This document shows positions 25,439 to 34,967 of a DNA stretch of 64,000 nt, piece by piece. The position numbers were made by a program, and so were the translations under genes. The stretch comes from an uncultured delta proteobacterium. GTDB lineage: Bacteria > Desulfobacterota > Binatia > HRBIN30. The stretch lies in assembly GCA_963729835.1 (NCBI GenBank), contig CAVSQF010000023.1:155739-219738 (forward strand). Direction: 5' to 3'. Every line of letters begins with the position of its first letter. Within the stretch, counting starts at the first letter, position 1. Under the pieces are notes generated by a model, which did not search any database, had not been told where the DNA came from, and saw nothing but the letters and a program-made list of their open reading frames with translations.

Positions 25439-26316
25439 AGCGATCGGTGGCAAAGAGCGAGAGCCGTAACGCGTATGGCGGATTGCTTGCCGGAGTCGTC
25501 GATCTGCTAGAGAAGGCGCGGCGAGCGGCAGCTCGCTCGGTCAACGCAGTCATGACGGCGACGTACTGGGAGATCGGACGGCGCATCGTGGAGTTCGAGC
25601 AGCGCGGGGCACGGCGCGCTGAGTACGGCGAACGGGTCCTCGAGCAGCTGTCGGCTGATCTGGGTCAACGCTTCGGGCGCGGGTTCTCCCGCCAGAATCT
25701 TCAGTACATGCGCGTTTTCTACCTCACACACGTGGACACACCAATTCGCCAGACAATGTCTGGCGAATCGGGCCTCGGCGCAGCGGCGGCGAAAGGCGCG
25801 GCATCTGGTGGAGTGGAACGGCGAAAATGCCAGACTGCGTCTGGCAAGTTAACCGAGCAGAAATCCGCGACGGTGTCGCGTAAATTGGATTTCTCCGACC
25901 TGAGCGAGGCCCTTCCGCTACCCTGGTCACACTATGTCCGACTCCTCTCGGTAGAACGGCGACTACGCGTCGGCAATGAGTGGTACCGCATCGATCTGCT
26001 CTTCTTCCACCGCCGGCTGCGCTGCCTGATCGTCATCGATCTCAAGGTCGGGAAGTTCACGCATGCTGATGCGGGGCAGATGAATCTGTACCTCAACTAC
26101 GCCCGCGAGCACTGGACGCACGCTGGTGAGAACCCACCGGTCGGCTTGATCCTGTGCGCGGAGAAGGATAGCGCCGTGGCGCACTATGCGCTCGGCAACC
26201 TGCGCAATACGGTGCTGGCGCGCGAGTACCGATTGGCGCTGCCCGACGAGCAGCGGTTGGTGGACGAGTTGGAAAGAACACGACGGACGTTGGAGGCGCG
26301 CTCACGTCACGAGTAG
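25435..26316 (+). CDS. DUF1016 / YhcG-family PDDEXK nuclease-like protein, apparently with an internal deletion
   Basis: N-terminal YWEIGRRIVEFEQ and LPWSHYVRLL, and C-terminal YRIDLLFFHRRLRCLIVIDLKVGKFTHADAGQMNLYLNY, are present. The roughly 100 aa normally between them seem to be missing. Confidence 0.7.
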   Translation: MKRSVAKSESRNAYGGLLAGVVDLLEKARRAAARSVNAVMTATYWEIGRRIVEFEQRGARRAEYGERVLEQLSADLGQRFGRGFSRQNLQYMRVFYLTHVDTPIRQTMSGESGLGAAAAKGAASGGVERRKCQTASGKLTEQKSATVSRKLDFSDLSEALPLPWSHYVRLLSVERRLRVGNEWYRIDLLFFHRRLRCLIVIDLKVGKFTHADAGQMNLYLNYAREHWTHAGENPPVGLILCAEKDSAVAHYALGNLRNTVLAREYRLALPDEQRLVDELERTRRTLEARSRHE

Positions 26317-26400
26317 TGAAGGCGCAAACATGCGCTCGCATACTGCCGTGAATACGGGGTGTGTAGGCGTCGCATGTGGCTCGTGGGTGACGCAGTGAGT

Positions 26401-26556
26401 CTAATCGGCGTCGTGCGCAGGCCGCCGTTTGCCAACGCGGCGAACGCTTGTGCCACCTCGAAGGGACTGACTTCGGCCGCACCCAGCACGACCGACGGAT
26501 ACGGCGGCAGCGGCGAGGTGATTTCCAAGCGCCGCGCCGCGTCGATGATCGGCGGC
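26401..26556 (-). pseudogene. Fragment of a PBP1A transpeptidase domain (partial duplicate of 28066-28221)
   Basis: About 89 percent nt identity by hand alignment. Translates as PPIIDAARRLEITSPLPPYPSVVLGAAEVSPFEVAQAFAALANGGLRTTPI versus the intact PPVIDMARRLGITTPLPPYPSVVLGAAEVTPFEVAQAFAALANGGLRTTPI. Confidence 0.88.
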
Positions 26557-26644
26557 TGTCGAAAGCTATCCGCCGTCAACTTCGTCGTGGCCCCCGCGAC
26601 GTTCAACTGGTACTGGCTGGTCTTTGCGCGACGAGCTTTGAGAA

Positions 26645-27028
26645 TCACCACCGCGTGAGCTGGGGCAGCCGATCGAAGTGATCATCCCGCGCGTAGAGTA
26701 CGACATTGTGCTGGAGGACAAGCGCGGCGATCCACATGTCGTTGGTGGGAATGGGTGTCCCCTGCGAGCGGAGCTGGCGATAGACCGCAGCGTAGTGATG
26801 CGTAGTCTGTTCGTCGGCCAGCAAGACTTCCACCCCGTCCTTCGCCAGGAATCGCCGCAAGACCCGTTCGTTCTCCGCCCCACGCTTGCCCACCGAAAAA
26901 CCGGCGCGCAGTTCCCCAACGACTACGAACGGCACATATATCCGCTCCGCGTGCTCCAACCGTTCCGCAACTCCTTCGACATCTCGGCAGAAATCGGTGT
27001 AGCGGTTGGTATCGAGGGCAAGCCTCAT
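26645..27028 (-). CDS. vapC: VapC-family PIN-domain toxin
   Basis: MRLALDTNRY ... VVVGELRAG ... TNDMWIAALVLQHNVVLYARDDHF. ATGA overlap with the antitoxin. Confidence 0.85.
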   Translation of the reverse strand: MRLALDTNRYTDFCRDVEGVAERLEHAERIYVPFVVVGELRAGFSVGKRGAENERVLRRFLAKDGVEVLLADEQTTHHYAAVYRQLRSQGTPIPTNDMWIAALVLQHNVVLYARDDHFDRLPQLTRW

Positions 27029-27267
27029 TTCCAAAGGGCCTCGTCGATGCGATGCTGGTCCGCGATCGCCGCCTCGAACTCCGCATCTTCCACCCAACTG
27101 CCGGCAAGATCACGCAGTTGGCGGTAACGCGGCAGTTCGTCGCCGAGCCCAACCCCGTGCCGCAGGGCCTCAATGGCCGCCTCGTTGAGGGTCTTTCCGT
27201 CCTCCCGCGCCCGGCGCCGCAGCGCGCGGTCGACCGCCAGGGGGATGCCGCGAATCGTATATTGCAT
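27025..27267 (-). CDS. RHH-type antitoxin (FitA/VapB-like)
   Basis: MQYTIRGIPLAVDRALRRRAREDGKTLNEAAIEALR is a ribbon-helix-helix N-terminus. Coupled to the downstream PIN gene. Confidence 0.7.
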   Translation of the reverse strand: MQYTIRGIPLAVDRALRRRAREDGKTLNEAAIEALRHGVGLGDELPRYRQLRDLAGSWVEDAEFEAAIADQHRIDEALWK

Positions 27268-27464
27268 GCAGAGCATGTAGACCATGCCTGCAACAAGTTC
27301 AAGCATTCTGCCGGAAAACTACGGCAACGTTGTTCCGAAGATGAGAGAGGTCGTACCTGCCGACTGGGCTCGAAGCCACAGTTGACCGCGCCGAAATACT
27401 GGTCCGCGGCCGCGGTGTCCTCGCTACCTATCCACCGGAAAGCTTTGGTGTTCGACGCAACTGA

Positions 27465-29879
27465 TCACCGACCCGCGATCCCCATCTTCTCGAGTATGCC
27501 GTGCATGAGGCCGCTGGCGTGGTCGACGGCGGTGCGCCCGGCGCTCGACAAGCTTTCTAACGGCGAGACGGCATGCAGCGGGCAGGGAGCGGTCGGTTGG
27601 GTGCCCTCGTAGAACGCTTCCTCGATAACATCGGGACAGGCAGGCGTCGCCAGTTGCCCGGACAGTCGGTCGATGCGTTCGACGACAATGCCAGGCGGCG
27701 GCGCGAACTGCGCTGCCGGAAGGCCGGCGGTGGCCTGCTTCATGAACTCGGTCCAAATCGGCAACGCGGCCTCGGCGCCCGCGAGGTTGAGCGAACGCCG
27801 CTGATCAAACCCCACCCACACGACCGCCAGCAAATCCGGCGTGAAGCCCACGAACCAGGCGTCGCCGTAGTCATTGGTCGTCCCGGTCTTGCCCGCCGCG
27901 GCGCGTGTGAAGCCGCGCGTACGGGCCGATCGCGCCGTACCCCGGTCGAGCACGCCCTCCATCAAATGCGTGACCAGGTACGCGGTGTCCGCTGGCACGA
28001 CCTGCTCGACCTGCACCGGATTGCGTTCGATGGAGTGCGCCGCGCGGTCGTAGACCTTTTTGATGCCAATCGGCGTCGTGCGCAGGCCGCCGTTTGCCAA
28101 AGCGGCAAACGCTTGCGCCACCTCGAACGGGGTGACTTCGGCGGCGCCCAGCACAACCGATGGGTACGGTGGCAGCGGCGTGGTGATCCCCAAGCGCCGC
28201 GCCATGTCGATGACCGGCGGCAGCCCCACGTCGCGCGCCAGCCGCGCCGTCGCCGCGTTCAGCGAAAACTCCAATGCCTCGCGGACGGTGACCATCCCCA
28301 GGTAGCGCTGCTTGTAGTTGGCCGGACTCCAAACCTGATTGTCAAAGGCCCATTCAAAGGGCTCGTCCTCGATCCGAGTGGTGGGTAAGATCGGCTCCGC
28401 ACTGTGGCGTGTCTGCTCGAACGCTGCCAGGTAGGTGAACGGCTTGAACACCGAGCCGGGCTGCCGCAGGGCTTGCGTGCAGCGGTTGAACTGCGTGACA
28501 CGGTAATCCCGTCCGCCCACCATCGCTTTGATGGCGCCGGTCTGCGGCTGAATGGCCATGAAGCAGCCTTCCAGCTGATCGGCGGGCTTCTCGGCGCGCA
28601 ACCGCGGATACCGCCGCTCGAGATCCGCCAAGCCGATTTGCAGCGACTGCTGGGCGAGGTGCTGCATATGCATGTCGAGCGCGGTATAGATGTGCAGGCC
28701 CTCGGTCGTAAGCACGTCGGCCGGATAGTTCTGCGACAACTCTTGGCGGACGAAGTCGACGAAGTACGGGGCGTCCTTGGTCTCATCCACCACTGAAGCC
28801 AGGTGGAGGGGCTCGTGTACGGCTGCGGCGAACTGCTCGGCGCTGATGTCCCCTTGCTTCAACATCAGCGTGAGGGCGTAGTTGCGGCGGCGCAGGGCAC
28901 GCGCGGGACCACGAAAGGGGGAGTACCGGTTCGGCGCTTTGATCAAGCTGGCGAGCATCGCCACCTCGGCCACCGAGAGGTCTTGCGGCTCCTTCCCGAA
29001 ATAAAACCGCGCGGCTTCCCACACGCCGTAGATACCTTGCGCGCCTTTCTGGCCGAGATAAATCTCATTGACGTAGTTCTCCAGGATCTCCTGCTTTGAG
29101 AAGCGCCGCTCGACCACCAACGCCATCAGCGCTTCCGTCAGCTTGCGCTGCATGCTGCGCTCCTCCGTCAGGAAGAAATTCTTCATCAGCTGCTGCGTCA
29201 GCGTACTGCCACCCTGGACGATGCGGCGCGTCCGCAGGTCGATCCACAACGCCCGTAGGATGCCCGTGATGTCGACGCCGTGGTGTTCGTAGAAATGTTG
29301 GTCCTCCACATCGATGACGGCACGTAAGAGCAGCGGTGAAACCTCGTCCAACTTCACGAGATGGCGCTCCTCCCACACCCCGCTGTACAGGCCGCTGATC
29401 AGCTCCGGCTCCAACTCGAGTGCGTAGATCTCCTTGCCCGCGTCCAAGTCCTGGATGCTTGTGACGACGGTTCCCGCCAGCGACAGCCGCAGGTGGCGCC
29501 CCGCGCCATCCAAGCTTGCGTAGGGAAGATTATGCAGCAACAGATCGAGCTGGCCCCGGTTGTCAGCATTGTACTCGCCCTTAGGCAACAGTTGCTCGTG
29601 GGCCGCCTGGTATCCGAGGTCGTGCAAGCGCTCGAAGAAGCCGATCGCTTTGAGGTCGACGCCGGGATAGACCAAGGTGGTGTCCGAGTAGATCGTCGAC
29701 GGGAATTTCCAGCGATGCGAACGAAACTTCTCGGTGACCGTCGCATCCCAGTGCTGCACCGCACGCCAGAGAATAAACCCGCCGCCGGCGGCAATGCCGA
29801 GGGCGGCCAGGAGCAAGCCCAATATGACGCGGCGGAGCATCGCGGTGAAGCGTCGGGTCGCTGGTTTTCGCGTCTGCAA
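27465..29879 (-). CDS. mrcA: Bifunctional penicillin-binding protein 1A (glycosyltransferase 51 plus transpeptidase)
   Basis: EDQHFYEHHGVD, GGSTLTQQL, RKLTEA; transpeptidase SVFKPF (SxxK), SLN, KTGTT. Confidence 0.95.
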   Translation of the reverse strand: MQTRKPATRRFTAMLRRVILGLLLAALGIAAGGGFILWRAVQHWDATVTEKFRSHRWKFPSTIYSDTTLVYPGVDLKAIGFFERLHDLGYQAAHEQLLPKGEYNADNRGQLDLLLHNLPYASLDGAGRHLRLSLAGTVVTSIQDLDAGKEIYALELEPELISGLYSGVWEERHLVKLDEVSPLLLRAVIDVEDQHFYEHHGVDITGILRALWIDLRTRRIVQGGSTLTQQLMKNFFLTEERSMQRKLTEALMALVVERRFSKQEILENYVNEIYLGQKGAQGIYGVWEAARFYFGKEPQDLSVAEVAMLASLIKAPNRYSPFRGPARALRRRNYALTLMLKQGDISAEQFAAAVHEPLHLASVVDETKDAPYFVDFVRQELSQNYPADVLTTEGLHIYTALDMHMQHLAQQSLQIGLADLERRYPRLRAEKPADQLEGCFMAIQPQTGAIKAMVGGRDYRVTQFNRCTQALRQPGSVFKPFTYLAAFEQTRHSAEPILPTTRIEDEPFEWAFDNQVWSPANYKQRYLGMVTVREALEFSLNAATARLARDVGLPPVIDMARRLGITTPLPPYPSVVLGAAEVTPFEVAQAFAALANGGLRTTPIGIKKVYDRAAHSIERNPVQVEQVVPADTAYLVTHLMEGVLDRGTARSARTRGFTRAAAGKTGTTNDYGDAWFVGFTPDLLAVVWVGFDQRRSLNLAGAEAALPIWTEFMKQATAGLPAAQFAPPPGIVVERIDRLSGQLATPACPDVIEEAFYEGTQPTAPCPLHAVSPLESLSSAGRTAVDHASGLMHGILEKMGIAGR

Positions 29880-29938
29880 TAGGGCAGGCCAGGGAGCGAT
29901 GGCCCCCCTGGCCCGCGTGTCGGTTGTGGCGGCCGAGG

Positions 29939-31447
29939 TTACTCGGGACGCTTGAGTGCGAGGAAGATCGTGTTGTCACCGCGTCGGACGAGAAACAACA
30001 CGCTCTTGCCCTTGCTGGCCTTCAAGGCCTTGCGATAGCTCGGAAGGTCTTTCACCGGCTCCCGATTGACTTCCAGGATCACATCGCCGCGGCGCAACCC
30101 CGCGTCCTCGGCGCTGCTGCCGGATTCCACCGCGGAGACCACCACGCCTTTGATGTCACCGCTGATGCCCAGGTTCTCGGCGATCTCGGGGGTCAGCGGC
30201 TGCACGGTGAGGCCGAAGCCCTCCTCTTTGCCGGCGGCGGCCACCTCGCCCTCTTCCTTCAATTCGCCGATCTTCACGCTCAGCGTTTGCGTCTCCTTAT
30301 CGCGAATCAACTTCAGCTTGACGGTTTTGCCGATGGGCGTGCGCGCCACCAGCATCGGCAGCTCGGTGGAATCCTTCACCGTGTGGCCGTCGAACTCCAC
30401 GATCACGTCGCCGACCTTGACGCCCGCTTCCGCGGCTGGGCCGTCTTTCATCACATCCGCAACCAGCGCACCCTTGGCTTCCTTCAAGCCGAGGGATTCG
30501 GCGATATCCAGCGTCACCTTCTGGATCAGCACACCGAGCCAGCCGCGCGTGACCTTGCCCTTTTCTTCCAGCTCCGGAAGCAGGTCTTTGGCGACATTGA
30601 TGGGGATGGCAAACCCGATGCCGATGTTGCCACCCGAGCGACTGAAGATGGCGGTGTTGATGCCAACGACCTCAGCCCTCAAGTTGATCAATGGGCCGCC
30701 GGAGTTGCCGGGGTTGATGGCCGCGTCTGTCTGAATGAAGTTGTCGTAGCTGCCTTGCCCGATGAAACGGGCCTTGGCGCTGACGATGCCGGCCGTCACC
30801 GTGTGATCGAGGCCGAAGGGGTTACCGATGGCCATCACCCACTCGCCGACCCGGAGATCGTCGGAGTTCCCCAACGTGATGACGCTGAGGTCCGACGCAC
30901 CATCAATCTTGATCACGGCGATATCCGTTTTCGGGTCACGGCCGATCACCTTGGCTTTGTACTCCTTTTCGTTGGCGAGCTTCACCTGGATTTCATCGGC
31001 GTTTTCGACCACATGATTGTTTGTCAGGATGAGGCCGTCTTTGTTGATGATGAACCCGGAGCCGAGGCTGCGTTGTTTGAAGGGCCGGCGCGGCAGGGGG
31101 CCGAAGAAGCGTTCGAACGGCTCCCAGAACTCATGCGGATCCCCTTGCCCAAACGGGCCGGACCCGCCGCCCATACCCGGCGATTCGCCCTGCGAGGTGG
31201 TCGACACGTTCACCACCGCCGGGCTGAGCTTGTCTGCCAAGGTCGCGAAGTCCGGCAACCCAATGACCGGCGCTGCCGCCTGCGTGGCGGGTGTCGGGGT
31301 CGGCTTTTCTTCCGCCGGCTGCTCCCCCCAGAAGCTGATGGCGTGGGCGCGGTGTCCGAGATTGCAACCGAGGACCGTGATGACCCCGGCGAGAAACCCC
31401 GCGGCGATTCGTACTACACCGCGGCGGGCGCGCAGTGGCGCACTCAT
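29939..31447 (-). CDS. htrA: Periplasmic serine endoprotease, DegP/HtrA family with two PDZ domains
   Basis: LTNNHVV (His), TDIAVIKI (Asp), GNSGGPLIN (Ser), two PDZ-like regions, N-terminal signal. Confidence 0.95.
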   Translation of the reverse strand: MSAPLRARRGVVRIAAGFLAGVITVLGCNLGHRAHAISFWGEQPAEEKPTPTPATQAAAPVIGLPDFATLADKLSPAVVNVSTTSQGESPGMGGGSGPFGQGDPHEFWEPFERFFGPLPRRPFKQRSLGSGFIINKDGLILTNNHVVENADEIQVKLANEKEYKAKVIGRDPKTDIAVIKIDGASDLSVITLGNSDDLRVGEWVMAIGNPFGLDHTVTAGIVSAKARFIGQGSYDNFIQTDAAINPGNSGGPLINLRAEVVGINTAIFSRSGGNIGIGFAIPINVAKDLLPELEEKGKVTRGWLGVLIQKVTLDIAESLGLKEAKGALVADVMKDGPAAEAGVKVGDVIVEFDGHTVKDSTELPMLVARTPIGKTVKLKLIRDKETQTLSVKIGELKEEGEVAAAGKEEGFGLTVQPLTPEIAENLGISGDIKGVVVSAVESGSSAEDAGLRRGDVILEVNREPVKDLPSYRKALKASKGKSVLFLVRRGDNTIFLALKRPE

Positions 31448-31504
31448 AGTGTCTCCTCCTTGATTTTGATAGCGGCCAAAGACGGGAACCTTGTGCGAGA
31501 ACGG

Positions 31505-32053
31505 TCAGGCAGGATTGCGGGCACGCTCGACATACTTCAGGCGCAGGTCATAGAGGAGGTTTCCGAGCAGAGCGGCCTCTGACTTGTCCAGGTTTCCCTT
31601 CGTTTTGTCTTTCAGAATACCCAAAATATCGATGACTTGCTGCGCCGCACCAAGGTCGACCACAACCCGGTTGTCGATGGGGTTGGGAATCTCTCCCAGG
31701 TGTGCGAGCGCCTGGGTGCCGAGGCTGATCACGAAGGTCGAGAAGTTGATTTCGAGGGGCGGGATCTCCTGGCGCTGGCGCGCGGTGCTGGCCGCCGTTG
31801 TCCTGCCGCGGGCTTCCCCCAGTGGGGGTTCCCCCGGTGGGGGTTCCCGCGGTGGGGGTTCGCCCGGTCCGGCTTGACCGGTTTCAGTTTGACCGCCGGC
31901 AGTCTGTGGGCTCGCGGCGGTGGCGTGTGCGCCTGGTTGCTCACCTTCTGGCTGCGCTTCCGGCTCCGCCGTTCGCACCTCGCCGGTCGCGGAAAACCGC
32001 CGCCGGTCATCCACCTTGAAGCTCCGCTTCCCTTCGCTGTCTTCGCTGTTCAT
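31505..32053 (-). CDS. DUF1844 domain protein
   Basis: INFSTFVISLGTQALAHLGEIPNP ... AAQQVIDILGILKDKTKGNL. A Pro/Glu-rich middle region is encoded by about three 15-nt tandem units near 31818-31866. Confidence 0.7.
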   Translation of the reverse strand: MNSEDSEGKRSFKVDDRRRFSATGEVRTAEPEAQPEGEQPGAHATAASPQTAGGQTETGQAGPGEPPPREPPPGEPPLGEARGRTTAASTARQRQEIPPLEINFSTFVISLGTQALAHLGEIPNPIDNRVVVDLGAAQQVIDILGILKDKTKGNLDKSEAALLGNLLYDLRLKYVERARNPA

Positions 32054-32111
32054 CTCACTATACGCAAAAGCTTGCGCCTGGGCCGGCTTGGGTTGACGGT
32101 GGCATGCACAT

Positions 32112-32960
32112 TCATACCTGCATGGAGCGCAGCCGGCGAATGCGTTCGTCGAGCGGCGGGTGCGTGCTGAACAGATTTGCCAGCGAGCGTCCGCTGAGCG
32201 GATTGACGATGAACAGGTGCGCGGTCTGCGGACTGGCATTCAGGGGGACGCGCTGTGCGGCGTACTCGAGCTTCTCGAGCGCGCGTGCCAACGGCTCACC
32301 GTTGTGCAGCAACTGTGCGCCGCTGGCATCGGCCTGATACTCACGCGACCGGGAGATGGCCATTTGGATGAGCATGGCGGCCAGCGGCGCCACGATCGAC
32401 ATCACCAGCAGGCCGATGATCCCGCCGCCCTCGTCGCGTTCATCACGGGAGACACCGCCGAAGATGGCGGCCCAACGCACCATGTTCGCCAACATCATGA
32501 TCACCCCCGCCAGCGTCGCGGCGATCGAGCTGATCAGGATGTCACGGTTCCGTACGTGGCTGATTTCGTGCGCCAACACCCCCTCGAGCTCATCCCACGA
32601 CATCAGCCGCAGGATGCCTTCGGTGACGGCGACGGCGGCGTGCTCCGGGCTGCGGCCGGTCGCGAAGGCGTTCGCTGCGTCGGTAGGGATGATGTACAGC
32701 TTCGGCATCGGCATGCCGGCGCGAGCCGTGAGATTGTGCACCACGCGGTACAGGTCCGGCGCTTCGTTCATGCCGACGGGACGCGCACCGTACATGGCCA
32801 AAACGATCTTGTCGGAAAACCAATAGCTGGTGACGTTCATGATCGCGGCAAACACGAAGGCGATCACCAGACCTTGCGAGCCGCCCAGGAACTCTCCGAA
32901 CCAGAGGATGATGCCGGTCAGAAGTCCCAAGAGGAGGGTAGTTTTCAACGTGTTCGACAT
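32112..32960 (-). CDS. htpX: Zinc metalloprotease HtpX
   Basis: [10 protein letters not shown] (HExxH), four TM segments, EYQADASGA. Confidence 0.95.
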   Translation of the reverse strand: MSNTLKTTLLLGLLTGIILWFGEFLGGSQGLVIAFVFAAIMNVTSYWFSDKIVLAMYGARPVGMNEAPDLYRVVHNLTARAGMPMPKLYIIPTDAANAFATGRSPEHAAVAVTEGILRLMSWDELEGVLAHEISHVRNRDILISSIAATLAGVIMMLANMVRWAAIFGGVSRDERDEGGGIIGLLVMSIVAPLAAMLIQMAISRSREYQADASGAQLLHNGEPLARALEKLEYAAQRVPLNASPQTAHLFIVNPLSGRSLANLFSTHPPLDERIRRLRSMQV

Positions 32961-33111
32961 CTTGCGAACCTCCTGCGCCTTGGACGTGGCCTTCCCCTAT
33001 TTTATTTGAATTCGGATTCCCACGTGTCGCGGAGTCGAGTTCGTAAGAAAAGGTAGTATGCACCCACCGCGGTGTCAAGCAAGCGGCAGGCCTAGCGCCG
33101 CTTGCGAGCGG

Positions 33112-34452
33112 TCAGCCGGCCTTGCGTACCCGCGTGAGGCGCGGCGTGGCCGCCGCCGCGATCACCCGCGTGATCTGAGCGCCCAAACCCTGCAAACGGG
33201 TCTCCGCGTGGGCGTGTCCACGTTCGACCTGATAGATATTGTCAATCGTCGTCTCGCCATCGGCAACCAGCCCTGCAAGCACAAACGCCATCCCGGCGCG
33301 TAGGTCCGGGGCCACGACCGCGCCACCGTGCAAGCGCTCGACGCCGTCAACTTGGGCGAAGTTGGCCGTCTGCTTGCGAATCTGGGCGCCCAGGGAGTTC
33401 AGGCCGTCCACGTGCGTAAAACGGTCCTGGAACACGTTCTCGCGAAAGTAGCTCACGCCGTTCGCCACCGTAGCCAGTGTCATGATGGCGGGCAGAAAAT
33501 CCGTCGAAAACCCCGGATAGGGCCACGTGAGGACGTTGATCGGTCGCAACCGTTCCGGTCCGCGCACGCGCACGATGCGGCCGTCCGAGGTAATTTCCAC
33601 GCCCATCTGCTCCAACTTGGCGACCAGCAGCCGCATGTGCTCGACCTCGGCGCCGACAAACATGACGTCGCCTTTCGTAATCGCCGCCGCCATCATGAAC
33701 GCGCTGGCATCGAGCCGGTCAGGCATGACCGAATGCTCGACAGGTTTCAGTTCACGCACCCCTTCGACAACGATCGTCCTGGTTCCGACGCCGCTCAGTC
33801 GGGCGCCCATCTTCGTGAGGAACGCCGCGAAATCGACGATCTCGGGCTCGGAGGCGGCGTTTTCGATGATCGTCGTCCCGGACGCCATGCACGCGGCCAT
33901 CATCAGATTCTCGGTGCTGGTCTGGCTGGGCATGTCGAGATACACGAGATTGCCGTGCAGCTCATCGGCAGTGATCATCAGCTGATCGTGATCCCCTTCG
34001 ACCTGCGCACCCAACCGTTTCAGGCCGTTGTGGTGAAAGTCGAGCCGGCGCACCCCCAGTGAGCAGCCACCGATGCCGCGGAAATCGACCTTCCCGAGCC
34101 GATGGAGCACCGGCGACAAGAACAAGATCGAGGCGCGCGATTGGCGCGTGAGGCCACTGTCCAGAACGTGCCGTGCGACCGAAGACGAATCGATCACCAA
34201 CACGCCCTCGTCCTCATAGTGGGTCACTGTGGCGCCGACCGATTGCGCCAGCGCCATCGAGATGCGCACGTCGTTGAGCGGTGGGACATTGCGGAGCACG
34301 GTGCGGCCGCGTTTCGGCAGGAGCGCCCCGGCGATCATCGGCAGGACGGCGTTCTTTGCCCCCTGAACGAAGAGCGTGCCCTCGAGACGAGTGCCGCCGT
34401 GGATGACATACTTAGGGTTTGTGCTAGGCAACTTTACCGCCGATGCAATCAT
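33112..34452 (-). CDS. murA: UDP-N-acetylglucosamine 1-carboxyvinyltransferase
   Basis: GAKNAVLPMIAGALL, GGCSLGVRRLDFH (active-site Cys loop), LRAGMAFVLAGL. AAGGAGGGGG lies upstream. Confidence 0.95.
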   Translation of the reverse strand: MIASAVKLPSTNPKYVIHGGTRLEGTLFVQGAKNAVLPMIAGALLPKRGRTVLRNVPPLNDVRISMALAQSVGATVTHYEDEGVLVIDSSSVARHVLDSGLTRQSRASILFLSPVLHRLGKVDFRGIGGCSLGVRRLDFHHNGLKRLGAQVEGDHDQLMITADELHGNLVYLDMPSQTSTENLMMAACMASGTTIIENAASEPEIVDFAAFLTKMGARLSGVGTRTIVVEGVRELKPVEHSVMPDRLDASAFMMAAAITKGDVMFVGAEVEHMRLLVAKLEQMGVEITSDGRIVRVRGPERLRPINVLTWPYPGFSTDFLPAIMTLATVANGVSYFRENVFQDRFTHVDGLNSLGAQIRKQTANFAQVDGVERLHGGAVVAPDLRAGMAFVLAGLVADGETTIDNIYQVERGHAHAETRLQGLGAQITRVIAAAATPRLTRVRKAG

Positions 34453-34967
34453 CGTTCCCCCTCCTTCACTCCGCTTCCGACCCGGCCCATGCGTCCTGGT
34501 ACCCGCAGCTCAACGTTACGCACAGTACCGCTCTCCCTCTTGTGGGAACAGGGTGCTCTCCACACCCCGACCGTATGATGTTCCCAACGGGATTGTGAGT
34601 CAAGATGCGGCTGCGATGATTTCTCTTGACATTCGGTTCGGGAGCGGCGCATCGCGGTCGCGGGACGGCACCGGCGGACACAACACCCCTCACTGCTGGA
34701 GACAGCAGCGGGAAATGATCACAACTTCTGTGGAGCTAGGGAATATGCGGTCGCCTGGACCGCGGAGCGCTCTAGGCTAGCGCGCGTTTCGGCTTGGTAA
34801 TCACCACCACCTCCTGCCCATTCACCCGCAACGTACGGCGGTCGGCTGGCGTTTGACGCCCGCCTTGTTTGCGCGCGCGCGCTTCGCGCCACCTGCGCAG
34901 TTCCTTCTCCAGATTGACGGTCTTGAGCATTATGACCTCCTTGACAACCCACAGCAGTCGGATTTGC

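Noticed and set aside
29924-31582. 552-aa plus-strand ORF
   Set aside because: It is antisense to htrA. The same reasoning applies to 35391..36683 (antisense to rpoD), 43426..44550 and 45608..46441 (antisense to nuo genes), 55077..56405 (antisense to maeB), 38384..39358 (antisense to the Lon-like gene) and 63411..63914 (antisense to pruA).
34772-34930. 52-codon ORF downstream of rpoD (MLKTVNLEKELRRWREARARKQ...)
   Set aside because: No SD and no recognisable family. It may be real but is unsupported.
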